Virus record (IMG/VR): IMGVR_UViG_3300021400_000252
Direction: 5' to 3' (one strand)
DNA: 64,000 nucleotides
From: a virus
Taxonomy: Duplodnaviria > Caudoviricetes
Within the stretch, counting starts at the first letter, position 1; every line of letters starts with the position of its first letter. The translations under genes were made by a program, and so were the position numbers. Shown piece after piece: positions 1-9,615 of this stretch. Under the pieces are notes generated by a model. It was given only the letters and a program-made list of their open reading frames with translations, was not told the origin of the DNA and made no database searches.

Positions 1-129
1 TTCTGGGCTAGAGGAGAAGAATACCCTTACCCTTATGTAATCTTAATTGGTGGAAAAACAGTTGAGTATCAAGTTGAAAGTATTACAAAAGAATCAGCAA
101 ACAGATTAGGAATATTCTTAAGTAGATAG
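1..129 (+). CDS. 3' end of hypothetical protein (partial)
   Basis: Open frame 1 from the window edge to TAG 127-129. Confidence 0.55.
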   Translation, partial: FWARGEEYPYPYVILIGGKTVEYQVESITKESANRLGIFLSR

Positions 130-142
130 GAGTGAATTAGTT

Positions 143-352
143 ATGAAACAAGTTATTTATGCAGTCCATAGTGATGTAGATGAAAATAACGTAGGTTGTG
201 AATTTACAGGACGTGGATCTAAGCAAAAAGCAATTAAATATGCAAAAGAAAATATAGGAGATAAAACTTGGGTTGAAAAACTGGAGTTTAACACTAACAC
301 TGAACAATATGAGTATTGTGGTGGTGTATTTAGTTATGATGAAGAGAAATAA
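143..352 (+). CDS. hypothetical early protein
   Basis: ORF with GGAG RBS. Confidence 0.75.
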   Translation: MKQVIYAVHSDVDENNVGCEFTGRGSKQKAIKYAKENIGDKTWVEKLEFNTNTEQYEYCGGVFSYDEEK

Positions 353-358
353 GGAGAT

Positions 359-778
359 TTGGAAATTATGATAGTAGAATTTGATTTTAATTTAGAAATG
401 TGGGTTCGCAATCTTCAAATTGAGGCGAATTCAGTAGAAGAAGCAGAAGAAAAATTACATAAGATGACTTTAGAAGAACTAATTTCTGAAGGTGCAATAG
501 TTAAACAGATGGACATAAAAGATTTAACTAGTGAGATTAAAGAGAGAAAGGTTAAAGTTCAAGTTGGAAATATTAGCTTAGACCCTTCATTCTTCGAATA
601 TGATACAGAAGCAGAAAAAGAGGAATTACAACGTAAAGTAGAAAACCAAGTTCTTGAATTTGAACTAAATTTAAAATCTGGAGATCTTATCGACGATGAG
701 ATAGATAGTGCATTAGAGGAATACTTTGAAATCTCTGGAGTTTATAGATATACATATAGAGAATTAGCGAGTGAATAA
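359..778 (+). CDS. acidic hypothetical early protein
   Basis: ORF, GGAG RBS; start may be ATG 368. Confidence 0.75.
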   Translation: MEIMIVEFDFNLEMWVRNLQIEANSVEEAEEKLHKMTLEELISEGAIVKQMDIKDLTSEIKERKVKVQVGNISLDPSFFEYDTEAEKEELQRKVENQVLEFELNLKSGDLIDDEIDSALEEYFEISGVYRYTYRELASE

Positions 779-790
779 CTCGCTTTTTTA
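766..790 (+). terminator. intrinsic terminator
   Basis: AGCGAGT-gaata-ACTCGCT followed by T tract. Confidence 0.7.
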
Positions 791-812
791 TTTTATTTGA
801 CTTTAACTTTTT

Positions 813-878
813 AAAGCATAGACTCCGAGATTCTAGGTTCAGTAATAAGACTAAAAATTTTTAGTCACCTATAAACCT
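813..878. repeat. intergenic A/B repeat cassette copy 1 (box A inverted; box B palindrome)
   Basis: AAAGCATAGACTCCGAGA (813-830) is the reverse complement of box A; GACTAAAAATTTTTAGTC-ACCTA box B starts at 849. Confidence 0.75.
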
Positions 879-947
879 GGTTGGAATATTTAAAAAGTTT
901 AAAAAAGTTAAAAACTTAAAAAAGTTTAAAAAAATATAAAATAAGTA

Positions 948-976
948 TTTACATATTAATCAAACTGTGGTATAAT
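948..976 (+). promoter_or_regulatory. early sigmaA-type promoter (TTTACA-N17-TATAAT), first of 16 copies
   Basis: Same architecture with -35 at 948, 1836, 2803, 3207, 4096, 4890, 7235, 7519, 9556, 10203, 10913, 12161, 12843, 13251, 15133, 17108; most have TGn before the -10. Confidence 0.9.
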
Positions 977-1009
977 TATAGTAGATAAAACAAAGGAGGA
1001 ACATGTTTT

Positions 1010-1237
1010 ATGAAGAAAGAAAAATTATTCTGTTGTATTTGTGGTAATGAGATTAAAAAGGAAGGATGTCCAAATTACTTCGGTAATAACCCTGCGGGTG
1101 CGATGTGGAAAGATGAAAATGGAAATGTTTGTGAACCAACTTTCAATATCGATGCTAGATGCTGCGATGAATGCGATCATCGTTATGTAATTCCAGGAAG
1201 ATTATTTAAGTTAAGACAAATGAGAGGTGGAAACTAA
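1010..1237 (+). CDS. small Cys-rich (CxxC...CxxC) protein
   Basis: CCICG...CCDEC; GGAGG RBS; follows early promoter. Confidence 0.8.
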   Translation: MKKEKLFCCICGNEIKKEGCPNYFGNNPAGAMWKDENGNVCEPTFNIDARCCDECDHRYVIPGRLFKLRQMRGGN

Positions 1238-1238
1238 T

Positions 1239-1817
1239 ATGACTATAGATGAATTAATTAAAAGATTAGAAATTGCTAAGAGTGAATATGGTGGAAGAAC
1301 AAAAATCAGAATTTTCAGTTGTGGTTTAGAAGAAGTAGAAAATGCTTATTTTACTAATGGTTCAGACCCTGATGATAGATCTATGAATGATACTTCAATA
1401 ACTTTAGTAGGTAATTATAATGACCAACATATTACAGAATGTCTAGAGAATTTAGAATTCGGTGATGTTGAAGTTGAAGAGGTGCCTAAGGTTAAAACAA
1501 AAGGTTTAAGAGATGATTATTATCAAGGTTGTTATTATGATTTAGATACTAAAACTTGGACTCTTGGTGAAACAATGCCTTTACGTAAATTACTTGACTG
1601 TTGGTGGAACTCAGTTAATGTTGATGGTAATATTTGTTATAAGAACGCTTATCTTGAAGATGCAGAATATGAATTAGGTGAACTAAAAGAAGAAGACCTA
1701 GATAAGTTAGTAAAAGTTGCCGATGAGTGGGATGAAGATGGAGATGGCTACCCTACAATCAGTGCAGAATTTGTAGAAGAAGAAAAAAAGCATTTCAGCA
1801 TTTCTAAAAAAATTTAA
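1239..1817 (+). CDS. acidic hypothetical early protein
   Basis: ORF; ATG 1239 after GAGGTG. Confidence 0.75.
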   Translation: MTIDELIKRLEIAKSEYGGRTKIRIFSCGLEEVENAYFTNGSDPDDRSMNDTSITLVGNYNDQHITECLENLEFGDVEVEEVPKVKTKGLRDDYYQGCYYDLDTKTWTLGETMPLRKLLDCWWNSVNVDGNICYKNAYLEDAEYELGELKEEDLDKLVKVADEWDEDGDGYPTISAEFVEEEKKHFSISKKI

Positions 1818-1827
1818 AAAAATATCG

Positions 1828-1864
1828 AAAGGCTATTTACAAAGTAGCCTTTTTATGATATAAT
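1828..1864 (+). promoter_or_regulatory. early promoter with -35 embedded in a hairpin
   Basis: AAAGGCTA-TTTACAAAG-TAGCCTTT followed by TGATATAAT. Confidence 0.85.
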
Positions 1865-1897
1865 AATAATGAAGATAGATAAAGGAGGAATATATCT

Positions 1898-2230
1898 ATG
1901 AAAAAAATATTCGTTGTAAAAGAAGTTGAAACAAATTGTGAAGGTGCTCATATCGATGACACTGAAATAAGAACTGAAGTTTATTGTTATGGTTCAAGAG
2001 AAAAAGCCGAGGAATGCCTTAAGGACCTATATAAAGAAAAAATTATGGAAGAGCTTGGTTATGATTTAGATGATGAAGATGATTTAAAAGCTTATGAAGA
2101 TGATAAGGAAAATAATGGTTATCTAGAAACAGATCTAACACCAACTAAAGCCTACTTAAATATGTGGAGCCATCTTGAAGGTTGGAACTCATATACATTA
2201 GAAATTACAGAAGAGAATTTGGAGGATTAG
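1898..2230 (+). CDS. acidic hypothetical protein (paralogue of 2861)
   Basis: GGAGG RBS; similar N- and C-termini to 2861. Confidence 0.8.
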   Translation: MKKIFVVKEVETNCEGAHIDDTEIRTEVYCYGSREKAEECLKDLYKEKIMEELGYDLDDEDDLKAYEDDKENNGYLETDLTPTKAYLNMWSHLEGWNSYTLEITEENLED

Positions 2231-2234
2231 TAAT

Positions 2235-2774
2235 ATGTCAACTTGGAATAATTGTATTAAGAGATTTGATAATAATAAGGTTATAAGACTAGAACATTTG
2301 TTTTATGTTTTAGGACAAGAAGGTTGGGATAATCTTACTAAAGAAATCGAAGATGAAACTGATGGAAGAATAACTACAGTATTTACAGATGAAGTTCGTG
2401 GAATTAAGTCAAGATATAATTCAGAAGATGAATTTAAGACAGATTTAAAATTAGTAAATACTATAATTAAGAAATACGAGAAGATGGTTAAAAGAAGTTT
2501 AGAGATTAATTGTCTATGTAATTATGAAGAGGAAACTGCTCACCACGCAGTAGAGGATCGATATCAAGATAAAGATTGGTATGTGTTAAGATATGATACT
2601 GAAACTACAGAATACTATAATGAAATAGTTTTCCAAACATTTGATGAAGCATTAAAGAAGTTTAATAGAACTAAGCCTACTCATAAGAATGAAAGAGTTG
2701 AATTAATGTTTGCACCAACTGAAGACGACCCTGAATATTTCGATAACATAGTCGTTAAATATAAAACTTTATAA
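2235..2774 (+). CDS. hypothetical early protein
   Basis: ORF with GGAGG RBS. Confidence 0.8.
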   Translation: MSTWNNCIKRFDNNKVIRLEHLFYVLGQEGWDNLTKEIEDETDGRITTVFTDEVRGIKSRYNSEDEFKTDLKLVNTIIKKYEKMVKRSLEINCLCNYEEETAHHAVEDRYQDKDWYVLRYDTETTEYYNEIVFQTFDEALKKFNRTKPTHKNERVELMFAPTEDDPEYFDNIVVKYKTL

Positions 2775-2795
2775 AAAAAATAAAAAATTTATTAA

Positions 2796-2831
2796 AAAGG
2801 TATTTACAAAATACCTTTTTTGTGGTATAAT
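2796..2831 (+). promoter_or_regulatory. early promoter with -35 embedded in a hairpin
   Basis: AAAGGTATTT-ACA-AAATACCTTT followed by TGGTATAAT. Confidence 0.85.
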
Positions 2832-2860
2832 TAATGTAGATAAAGATAAAGAGAGGAAGA

Positions 2861-3187
2861 ATGTTTATGAAGAATGAAATTAAAGTTTATGTAGTTAATG
2901 AAGTTAGTTATGACGGTGAAGAAAGACTTGATGAAGGTTGTTTAGATATTAGTTCAAAGGTATTTACTACTGTTCAAGATGCAAAGAAATATATGGATGA
3001 AAGATTTGATGCATTCATTGAAGAGAATGAAAGTCTTTTAGAAGATGAACATGATTTTATTGATGGTTATACTTATGAAAGTGATAACGGACTAGAAAAG
3101 AGTTTTGAATATTATAATGAAGATGTAGACCAGAAACTTGATATTTATTTAACTATAACGGAACAAACAATCGAAATAGAGATTTAA
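2861..3187 (+). CDS. very acidic hypothetical protein
   Basis: D/E-rich ORF following early promoter. Confidence 0.8.
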   Translation: MFMKNEIKVYVVNEVSYDGEERLDEGCLDISSKVFTTVQDAKKYMDERFDAFIEENESLLEDEHDFIDGYTYESDNGLEKSFEYYNEDVDQKLDIYLTITEQTIEIEI

Positions 3188-3197
3188 AAAAATTATC

Positions 3198-3235
3198 AAA
3201 GAGGTATTTACAAGATACCTCTTTTGTGGTATAAT
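3198..3235 (+). promoter_or_regulatory. early promoter with -35 embedded in a hairpin
   Basis: AAAGAGGTAT-TTACAAG-ATACCTCTTT followed by TGGTATAAT. Confidence 0.85.
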
Positions 3236-3267
3236 ATAATTGTAAATAAGATAGGAGGAACAAACTT

Positions 3268-3504
3268 ATGTATGAAGAAGATTTTTATGGTATGAATGTT
3301 GGAGAAAGATTGGTGTGTATTAAAGGTTATACTCATCCAAACATGGGACTTGTATGTCGTAAAGGACAAAAGTATAAAGTCAATGCTACACGAGTAGAAA
3401 CTGATAGTGATATTGAATATGCTATTGGTAAACTTAGAGAAGATGGTGGAGTATGGATGTGTACTAAATTCATTGCAGAACATTTTATTAAGGAGGAAAA
3501 ATAA
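3268..3504 (+). CDS. hypothetical early protein
   Basis: GGAGG RBS. Confidence 0.75.
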   Translation: MYEEDFYGMNVGERLVCIKGYTHPNMGLVCRKGQKYKVNATRVETDSDIEYAIGKLREDGGVWMCTKFIAEHFIKEEK

Positions 3505-3507
3505 TTT

Positions 3508-3714
3508 ATGTTTAAATATTATGTAGGTAAAAGTGAAATAGATAAAGATGAATATCTTAGTTTCTTAATTGAGGATGCATTAGATAATGGATGTGGAGAA
3601 AAAGAAGCGAAGAAAGTAAAAAGAGAAAATGAACAAGATGCTAAAGTAAATAAGGAAAATACATTTACAACTTGTGGTGGTTTCGAACTAAAAATTAAAT
3701 ATATCAATGTATAA
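3508..3714 (+). CDS. hypothetical early protein
   Basis: GGAGG RBS. Confidence 0.75.
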   Translation: MFKYYVGKSEIDKDEYLSFLIEDALDNGCGEKEAKKVKRENEQDAKVNKENTFTTCGGFELKIKYINV

Positions 3715-3729
3715 TGGAGGTTTATTAAA

Positions 3730-4077
3730 ATGGAGTGTTTTAGAAGATTTGTTAAGAATGTATTAAAAGAAAATTATAATTTTAATTTTGATGGATGTTA
3801 TTTTAAAAGATTAGGAAGTAATAGAGAAGGTAAGTCGATATATTTAGTAATGTCTAATCTTGGCGATGAACTTGGACTGTGTGCGAAGTTGGCTATAAAT
3901 AAGTCTTCATTACAATGTGATTATGAATATGACTGGAGTGATTTAGTCGCCGACGGAGAATACATTGGTTGGAGTGAAGAGAATATTGACAGTATGCATA
4001 AAGCATTTAACCTAGACACATTCTGTAAAAATATAGAGAATGCATTTAAGTATGCAAAACAATTTAATTTAGATTAA
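3730..4077 (+). CDS. hypothetical early protein
   Basis: GGAGG RBS. Confidence 0.75.
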   Translation: MECFRRFVKNVLKENYNFNFDGCYFKRLGSNREGKSIYLVMSNLGDELGLCAKLAINKSSLQCDYEYDWSDLVADGEYIGWSEENIDSMHKAFNLDTFCKNIENAFKYAKQFNLD

Positions 4078-4087
4078 AAAAATTACA

Positions 4088-4124
4088 AAAAGGTATTTAC
4101 AAAAATACCTTTTTTTGATATAAT
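4088..4124 (+). promoter_or_regulatory. early promoter with -35 embedded in a hairpin
   Basis: AAAAGGTATTT-ACAA-AAATACCTTTT followed by TGATATAAT. Confidence 0.85.
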
Positions 4125-4158
4125 AATAGTAGATAAAGATAAGTGGAGGAATATAATT

Positions 4159-4362
4159 ATGAGTAATTTTAGAGTTGATGTATCTTATACAGATAGAAAT
4201 GGAAATCTAGTAGAGCTTCAATTAATTAGAGTTCTAGATAATGATAATAAGAAGGACCAAAATGAAGCGTATAGGAACGGTTTTTCTATCGATAGATATT
4301 CATTCAGGCAAGTAGGAAAATACAAAGATAGAAGCGGTTTTATTTATTATAGATATATTTAA
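4159..4362 (+). CDS. hypothetical early protein
   Basis: GGAGG RBS. Confidence 0.75.
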   Translation: MSNFRVDVSYTDRNGNLVELQLIRVLDNDNKKDQNEAYRNGFSIDRYSFRQVGKYKDRSGFIYYRYI

Positions 4363-4380
4363 TTAAGGAGGAAGAAAGAT

Positions 4381-4620
4381 ATGTTTAATAATATTAATGA
4401 CTGTTGGGAATACTTAACACAATCAAAGACTCTAGATGAACTAAATAGTAGAGTTGAAGAAATGCCTAAGTGGAGTGGAAGCTGGTTAGTAGAATATGTT
4501 AACACAAAGGAGCAAGAACCTTATCAATATGATGAATATGTAATTATCAATTGTGTTGATGATATGAATGAAGATAAGGAAACTATTTACTTTTCTAGTT
4601 TAACTGGAGAACAGATTTAA
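4381..4620 (+). CDS. hypothetical early protein
   Basis: GGAGG RBS. Confidence 0.75.
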   Translation: MFNNINDCWEYLTQSKTLDELNSRVEEMPKWSGSWLVEYVNTKEQEPYQYDEYVIINCVDDMNEDKETIYFSSLTGEQI

Positions 4621-4635
4621 AAGGAGGAATAAATT

Positions 4636-4878
4636 ATGAGTAAATTATATGGTTCATTACAAGGTTGTAGAGGTGAAGCTACAAGATGTGGTTCAAAAGA
4701 CTCTGGTATGAGAGCTAGTATTCAAAGCTGGAATGGTTCATTAGTAAGTTATATGGACTTAGATGAAAATGATAAGCCAATCATTACATTAAAGATTAGT
4801 AAAGGTTCTGCTTGTTATGGAGAAGAAACAATCTTCAGAGGTTCATTAGAAGAATTAAAAAAGAAATTAAAAAAATAA
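4636..4878 (+). CDS. hypothetical early protein
   Basis: GGAGG RBS. Confidence 0.8.
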   Translation: MSKLYGSLQGCRGEATRCGSKDSGMRASIQSWNGSLVSYMDLDENDKPIITLKISKGSACYGEETIFRGSLEELKKKLKK

Positions 4879-4950
4879 TTAAAAAAGTATTTACAAATCA
4901 CTGAAAGTGTAGTATAATATACTTGTAAATAATAAAGGAGGAATATTATT

Positions 4951-5436
4951 ATGAAGCATGTAAATTTAAAGGAGAAAACAATTTATAAGGACTTAGGTTT
5001 ATTTTCAATCGAAGAAGAGAAACAATTAATAAAAGATTATTTCGATGGTTGTGAAGAAGATATGGAAGGTTTAACAGAAGATCAAATCAGAGACAGAATA
5101 AATGATTGGAATATTAGTTGTTATGAAGATGACTTTGGACCTGAAGGAAATTGGTATTACAGTGATTTGAAAAATACTCCAGTCGTAATTACAGGAACTT
5201 TAGGACTTTGGAATGGAAGACACAAAATTGATAATGTTAAGTGTGATAATCTAGAAATAGCTTTAGGTAAAATACTAAACAATGATATCGATTATGTTAA
5301 AATTACAGAAGATAGATTTGGAAACTTAAGAGTGTATGGTTATCATCACGACGGAACTAACGAATTCGTAATTAAGAAGTGGACTCCAAATGGAATGAGA
5401 TGTCTTAACTTCTGTAAAACAGTATTTGGAAATTAA
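4951..5436 (+). CDS. hypothetical phage protein (G-LGLW-G...HHDG motif)
   Basis: GGAGG RBS; follows early promoter at 4890. Confidence 0.8.
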   Translation: MKHVNLKEKTIYKDLGLFSIEEEKQLIKDYFDGCEEDMEGLTEDQIRDRINDWNISCYEDDFGPEGNWYYSDLKNTPVVITGTLGLWNGRHKIDNVKCDNLEIALGKILNNDIDYVKITEDRFGNLRVYGYHHDGTNEFVIKKWTPNGMRCLNFCKTVFGN

Positions 5437-5454
5437 ATAAATCATTAATAAATT

Positions 5455-5483
5455 ATAGAGGTTAGCAATAGCCTCTATTTTTT
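5455..5483 (+). terminator. intrinsic terminator
   Basis: ATAGAGGTTA-gcaa-TAGCCTCTAT followed by T tract. Confidence 0.75.
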
Positions 5484-5579
5484 ACGTTTTAGGAACGTTT
5501 TATTTTAGACTTGATAAAACACTTATGGAAAACTTAAAACGCAATTCTAGATATGATAGACGAATGCTAGGATATATTT

Positions 5580-5643
5580 AACTAATTATTTTTAGTTGCC
5601 TATAAAGATAATTTGGATCTATGGATTTCGGAGTCTATGCTTT
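5580..5643. repeat. intergenic A/B repeat cassette copy 2 (B then A)
   Basis: AACTAATTATTTTTAGTTGCCTA at 5580; TTCGGAGTCTATGCTTT at 5627-5643. Confidence 0.75.
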
Positions 5644-5689
5644 AATCCAGTTTTTACGGGGACTTTAGGGGAGAGTGATTAGACAGAAA

Positions 5690-5860
5690 TATTTTTTTCG
5701 AAAGAAAAGGTTTTTTAAATATTCTCTTTCTCAAAAATAAAATAAAATAAATATAGTATACTTAATAGTATAATACTTAATAGTATACTATAAACTTATA
5801 TAACTCTCTTATATAAAGAAAGAAAAAGAAAAATAATATAAAAAGAAAAAGAAAGAAAGT
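5690..5860. other. AT-rich non-coding region with inverted and direct repeats (candidate replication origin)
   Basis: TATAGTATAC...GTATACTATA inverted repeat, tandem TACTTAATAGTA, purine-rich AAAGAAAA tracts. Confidence 0.35.
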
Positions 5861-5865
5861 TTAAT

Positions 5866-5874
5866 TGCTAAATT
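5866..5874 (+). promoter_or_regulatory. candidate late promoter motif TGCTAAATT, first of 13 copies
   Basis: Copies upstream of genes at 5866, 8437, 15992, 24088 (AGCTAAATT), 24832, 25680, 35116, 43924, 51163, 58984, 59031, 59974, 61338. Confidence 0.75.
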
Positions 5875-5913
5875 AACTGATTTATGTCAAACTACATAAT
5901 AGGAGAATTAATA

Positions 5914-7176
5914 ATGGTAAATTTTGTTTACGAAGTTAGAAATATAAACGATCCAATCTTAGGTGAAACACCTAGATTTGCTTCAGACAAGGAAGCATTT
6001 GAATTAGCAAAAGAGTTTGATGGTGCAGAAGTTTATGCTTTATGTTATGATGAAGATTGGAATTTAGTAAGTGAGGATAAAATTACTGAGGCTGATATGG
6101 AATTACCTGATGGATGTGACTCATGTTCAGGTGATAATCCAGCTAATTACGATGATGAAGGAAATTTTAGACTTCCTGAAACTGACGATGATTTAGATGA
6201 AGAGTTTAAAGAATATTTCTTTCCAAAAGAATTTTATGATAGATTTAAATGATTTAGAGGATCTAAAGCAGATTGCTTAAATTTTAGAAATGAATATTTA
6301 AATGACAGTGATTGGATTGAAATTGTAAAAGATGGAAACACAGAGAATAATGAAATTCCTGAATACACTATTAATTTTACTAAGGACCATCTTATTAAAC
6401 CTGAGCTTTGGGATACTTTAGAACATGAAACTATTGGTGATGAGTTAAAAGCAGCAAGAGCTAAAGATGAAACTTTAGTAAGTGATGAGGCTGCTGAAGA
6501 ACACCCTGTTGATGAATGTGTTAAAGCACCTGAAAAGAAAGAATTAGTAAAAGAATCTCTACCTCCATTTAAAACAGGAGCTCCACTAGATTTTCAACAA
6601 TTAGACTACGATTATGCTAATGATGATGTTTATTATAAAGACAAGAAAGTTATCGCTTTTCAAGAGCCACATGAACTTGCTGTAGAAATTTATAATAGCT
6701 ATATCAATGAAGAAGGTTTAACAGAACAAGACTTAATTAATTATCCAATGTGTGAAAATGGAATATTAACTAAAGAAGCTTGGACAAAATTCTTAGATAC
6801 TGCAGATCCAACTCAATATTGGTTAGGCTGGGCAGATTTAGTACGTGAGGCTGATTTAACAGAAACAGATTTAATTTATGAAGGTGAGGAACCTTCTGTT
6901 AACGAATCATGTGAGTCTTGTAAAGAGTGCGGAAGTTGTGAAACACAAGAAGATGATGATACATTATTTAATGAAAACTTTACTCCAGAAGAAGATGAAG
7001 AATTTAAAAATCTTAGTAAGACTTTAGGATTTAAAGACTTTAAAGATGTATTAGATTTCAGTAAAGACCATGGAAGTGTTTTCGACAGAGAGCTTTTACA
7101 GTCAATGCGTGAGGAAGCAGAAAAGCTTGCTTCAAATTCAGTTGATTTCGAAACTCAATTTAATAATAAGAACTAA
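5914..7176 (+). CDS. acidic late protein, possible internal head protein (420 aa, TGA at 6250 read through)
   Basis: AGGAG RBS with ATG 5914; frame open across TGA 6250 into the track ORF 6748-7176; VKES/VNES/FNEN motifs. Confidence 0.8.
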
Positions 7177-7296
7177 AATAATTTAGTTGCCTACGGACCT
7201 ATCATAGGTCCTTTTATTTTTTATTTAAAAAGTATTTACAAAGTTTCAGAAATGTTGTATAATAAATGTAGAAAAAGAAATAAGGAGATAAAGTAT

Positions 7297-7500
7297 ATGT
7301 ATAAAGTAAATGTTGAGTCAAGTAATATTAATAGTATTGGTTATGAAAATGGAGAACTAGTTGTTGATTTTAAAGGTGGTTCATCTTATAAGTATTTAAA
7401 TGTTCCACAAGAAATGTTTATCAACATGATTAACTCTGAAAGCAAAGGTAAATTCTTAGCAGAGAACTTAAAGAATAAATATGAATTTATAAAACTTTAA
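7297..7500 (+). CDS. KTSC domain protein
   Basis: VESSNINSIGY...FKGGSSYKYLNVP...SKGKF matches the KTSC consensus. Confidence 0.9.
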   Translation: MYKVNVESSNINSIGYENGELVVDFKGGSSYKYLNVPQEMFINMINSESKGKFLAENLKNKYEFIKL

Positions 7501-7578
7501 AAATTTTTCTAAAAGGTATTTACAAAACATCAATTTAATGTTATAATAATAGTGAAGAAAGATAAAGAGGTGTTATGT

Positions 7579-7839
7579 ATGATGAACTTTGATGGTAATA
7601 AAGAAGAAAGACAGAAGTGGTGGAACGTAGTAGTTCTAATGCCAGATAATTCTATAAGATTAAGTTTCGCACGTGGTGAGGACTACGAATCAGCAAAGCG
7701 TTGGTTCGATAGAGCAACTTACACAGTTGAAAGAAGTGACTACAAAGAAATACTAGAGTTCAGTAAAGATTGTAGTTCTACTTATAATGAATTTGTAGAA
7801 AAAGAAAATAAATTAAAAGATAAATATAATATCAAATAA
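7579..7839 (+). CDS. hypothetical early protein
   Basis: GAGGTG RBS; follows promoter at 7519. Confidence 0.75.
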   Translation: MMNFDGNKEERQKWWNVVVLMPDNSIRLSFARGEDYESAKRWFDRATYTVERSDYKEILEFSKDCSSTYNEFVEKENKLKDKYNIK

Positions 7840-7853
7840 GAGGTGAAGATAAA

Positions 7854-8156
7854 ATGAAGTTTGGAGAAATAAAAGGAATTTTAAATAATATAGAAAAGTT
7901 AGATACAACAAAACCTGATTGTACGCAGGAGTTTTCAATCTCATTAGCTGGAAGTCAAGATTATGTGTTAGCAAATCAGATTACAGGTACTGATTTAGAT
8001 GAACTAAGTGATTTTGAAGTAGTAGATATTGAGTCAGGAGATTTTGGATTAGTGGTAACTTTTAAGTATGTACCAACAATCATTCCTGCTTTCGGAGCTT
8101 TAGCAAAGCGCTATAGAGCACCATTACAATCTAAAACTTACTATCATTTAAATTAG
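7854..8156 (+). CDS. hypothetical protein
   Basis: GAGGTG RBS. Confidence 0.75.
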   Translation: MKFGEIKGILNNIEKLDTTKPDCTQEFSISLAGSQDYVLANQITGTDLDELSDFEVVDIESGDFGLVVTFKYVPTIIPAFGALAKRYRAPLQSKTYYHLN

Positions 8157-8198
8157 TAAATAATAAACCAGACTCTAAAAGAAAGGAGATGAAAAGTT

Positions 8199-8414
8199 AT
8201 GAAATTAGAAATTGCTTTTAGAAATGGAAACATGGAGAAGAAACAATTTAAAGATGAAAACGAAGCTAGAGATTACTTAAAATCTATTGGCACCGAAAGT
8301 ATTATCTATTTCGATGTTCTAGACGATAATGATAATTTCAACTTTGACTCTCCATTGCTTAACGAGTCCTACCCAAGACCGGCAGAAGATATAATTGAAT
8401 GACAAATAAACTAG
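8199..8414 (+). CDS. hypothetical protein (ends 8402 if TGA is a stop, 8414 if read through)
   Basis: AGGAG RBS; TGA 8400 followed four codons later by TAG inside the terminator stem. Confidence 0.7.
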
Positions 8415-8473
8415 GTTAATTACCTAGTTTTTTAATTGCTAAATTGGATAAACTGTTTAAAGGAGTTTTGATT

Positions 8474-8623
8474 ATGAAACTGTTTAAAATATTTTTCGCT
8501 GATGGAAATACTGTTCACAGATTTGCAGAAGATAAAGATACTTTAGTGAGTGAACTAAATGAAGAATTTCCAAACAGAGAAATTGTAATGATTACAGTTG
8601 TTGACGAAAAAGAAGAGTTTTAA
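8474..8623 (+). CDS. small hypothetical protein (49 aa), not in ORF track
   Basis: AGGAG RBS, MKLFKIFFADG...EEF; downstream of TGCTAAATT 8437. Confidence 0.7.
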   Translation: MKLFKIFFADGNTVHRFAEDKDTLVSELNEEFPNREIVMITVVDEKEEF

Positions 8624-8656
8624 TTGTATAATAACATATAGGAGATTTAGTCTAAT

Positions 8657-8893
8657 ATGAAGCTTCATGAACTTGTAGATAAGTTAACATCAGGACAATT
8701 TAATATCTATCATGAATATAAAGCTTACTTTAAAGGATCTATCATTAAGAAAGATTATGAAGATAAACCTAGATTTGACTTTGAATTAGAACCATATTCA
8801 GATTTCAGTGATTTAGATGTTGTGAGTTTTAACTTAGCTGTATCTTCAGACGTTTATGACCAAACTCCAGTTCTAGATATTGTTGTTAAGTAA
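8657..8893 (+). CDS. hypothetical protein
   Basis: AGGAG RBS; TTGTATAAT upstream. Confidence 0.75.
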   Translation: MKLHELVDKLTSGQFNIYHEYKAYFKGSIIKKDYEDKPRFDFELEPYSDFSDLDVVSFNLAVSSDVYDQTPVLDIVVK

Positions 8894-8906
8894 AGGAGAC
8901 TAAAAC

Positions 8907-9104
8907 ATGGAACAAGATATTAATGATTTATTAAAGACTTTAATTGTTGAGAAGGATCTAGAGATTAGAAACCTAAACATCACAAATTCAAATTTGGCTA
9001 ATCAAAATGAAGAGTTAAGGAAGAGAGTTCAAGAACTTCAAGACAGATTATTAAAGACTCAAACAACACCTGCACCTGTTGAAGAGATGCAAAGCAAGAA
9101 GTAG
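8907..9104 (+). CDS. coiled-coil hypothetical protein
   Basis: AGGAG RBS; heptad pattern. Confidence 0.75.
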   Translation: MEQDINDLLKTLIVEKDLEIRNLNITNSNLANQNEELRKRVQELQDRLLKTQTTPAPVEEMQSKK

Positions 9105-9115
9105 GAGGACTAAGT

Positions 9116-9409
9116 ATGGGAATAGTATTCGATAACTCTGCACAAAGAGTTCAGATTAAAGATCTATTGAATGATGAAGAGAACAGATTTATTTTAAATA
9201 GATTACAAGCAGGACGTTATAGAACTCCAGATGGATATGATGCACCTTATAGATTAAGTGATGAAGAATTAGTTAAATTACAAGATGAATATATTTATAT
9301 TCAAACAGATGGTGATTGTTGGTATGCTCGTTTCGAAAAACCTACAAGCGAAATCAGAGAGTTGTTAGGACTTCCAATCCAATCAGATAACCCATTTGAT
9401 ATGTTTTAA
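9116..9409 (+). CDS. hypothetical protein
   Basis: GGAGG RBS. Confidence 0.75.
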   Translation: MGIVFDNSAQRVQIKDLLNDEENRFILNRLQAGRYRTPDGYDAPYRLSDEELVKLQDEYIYIQTDGDCWYARFEKPTSEIRELLGLPIQSDNPFDMF

Positions 9410-9453
9410 GATAAAGAGACTAAACAGTCTCTTTTTTATTTTTATAACAGACT

Positions 9454-9520
9454 TCTCGGAGTCTATGTTTTAGGCAGATCGTTATAATTGAACTAAGAGA
9501 ACTTAGTTACCTACAAACCT
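9454..9520. repeat. intergenic A/B repeat cassette copy 3
   Basis: TCTCGGAGTCTATGTTT 9454-9470; AACTAAGAGAACTTAGTTACCTACAAACCT from 9491. Confidence 0.8.
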
Positions 9521-9615
9521 AACCTGAAAATATTTTAAAAAAGTTTTAAAAAGTATTTACATCCGCCATAAAACGTGGTATAATGTAATTGTAAAAAATA
9601 AAGGAGGAACAGAAT

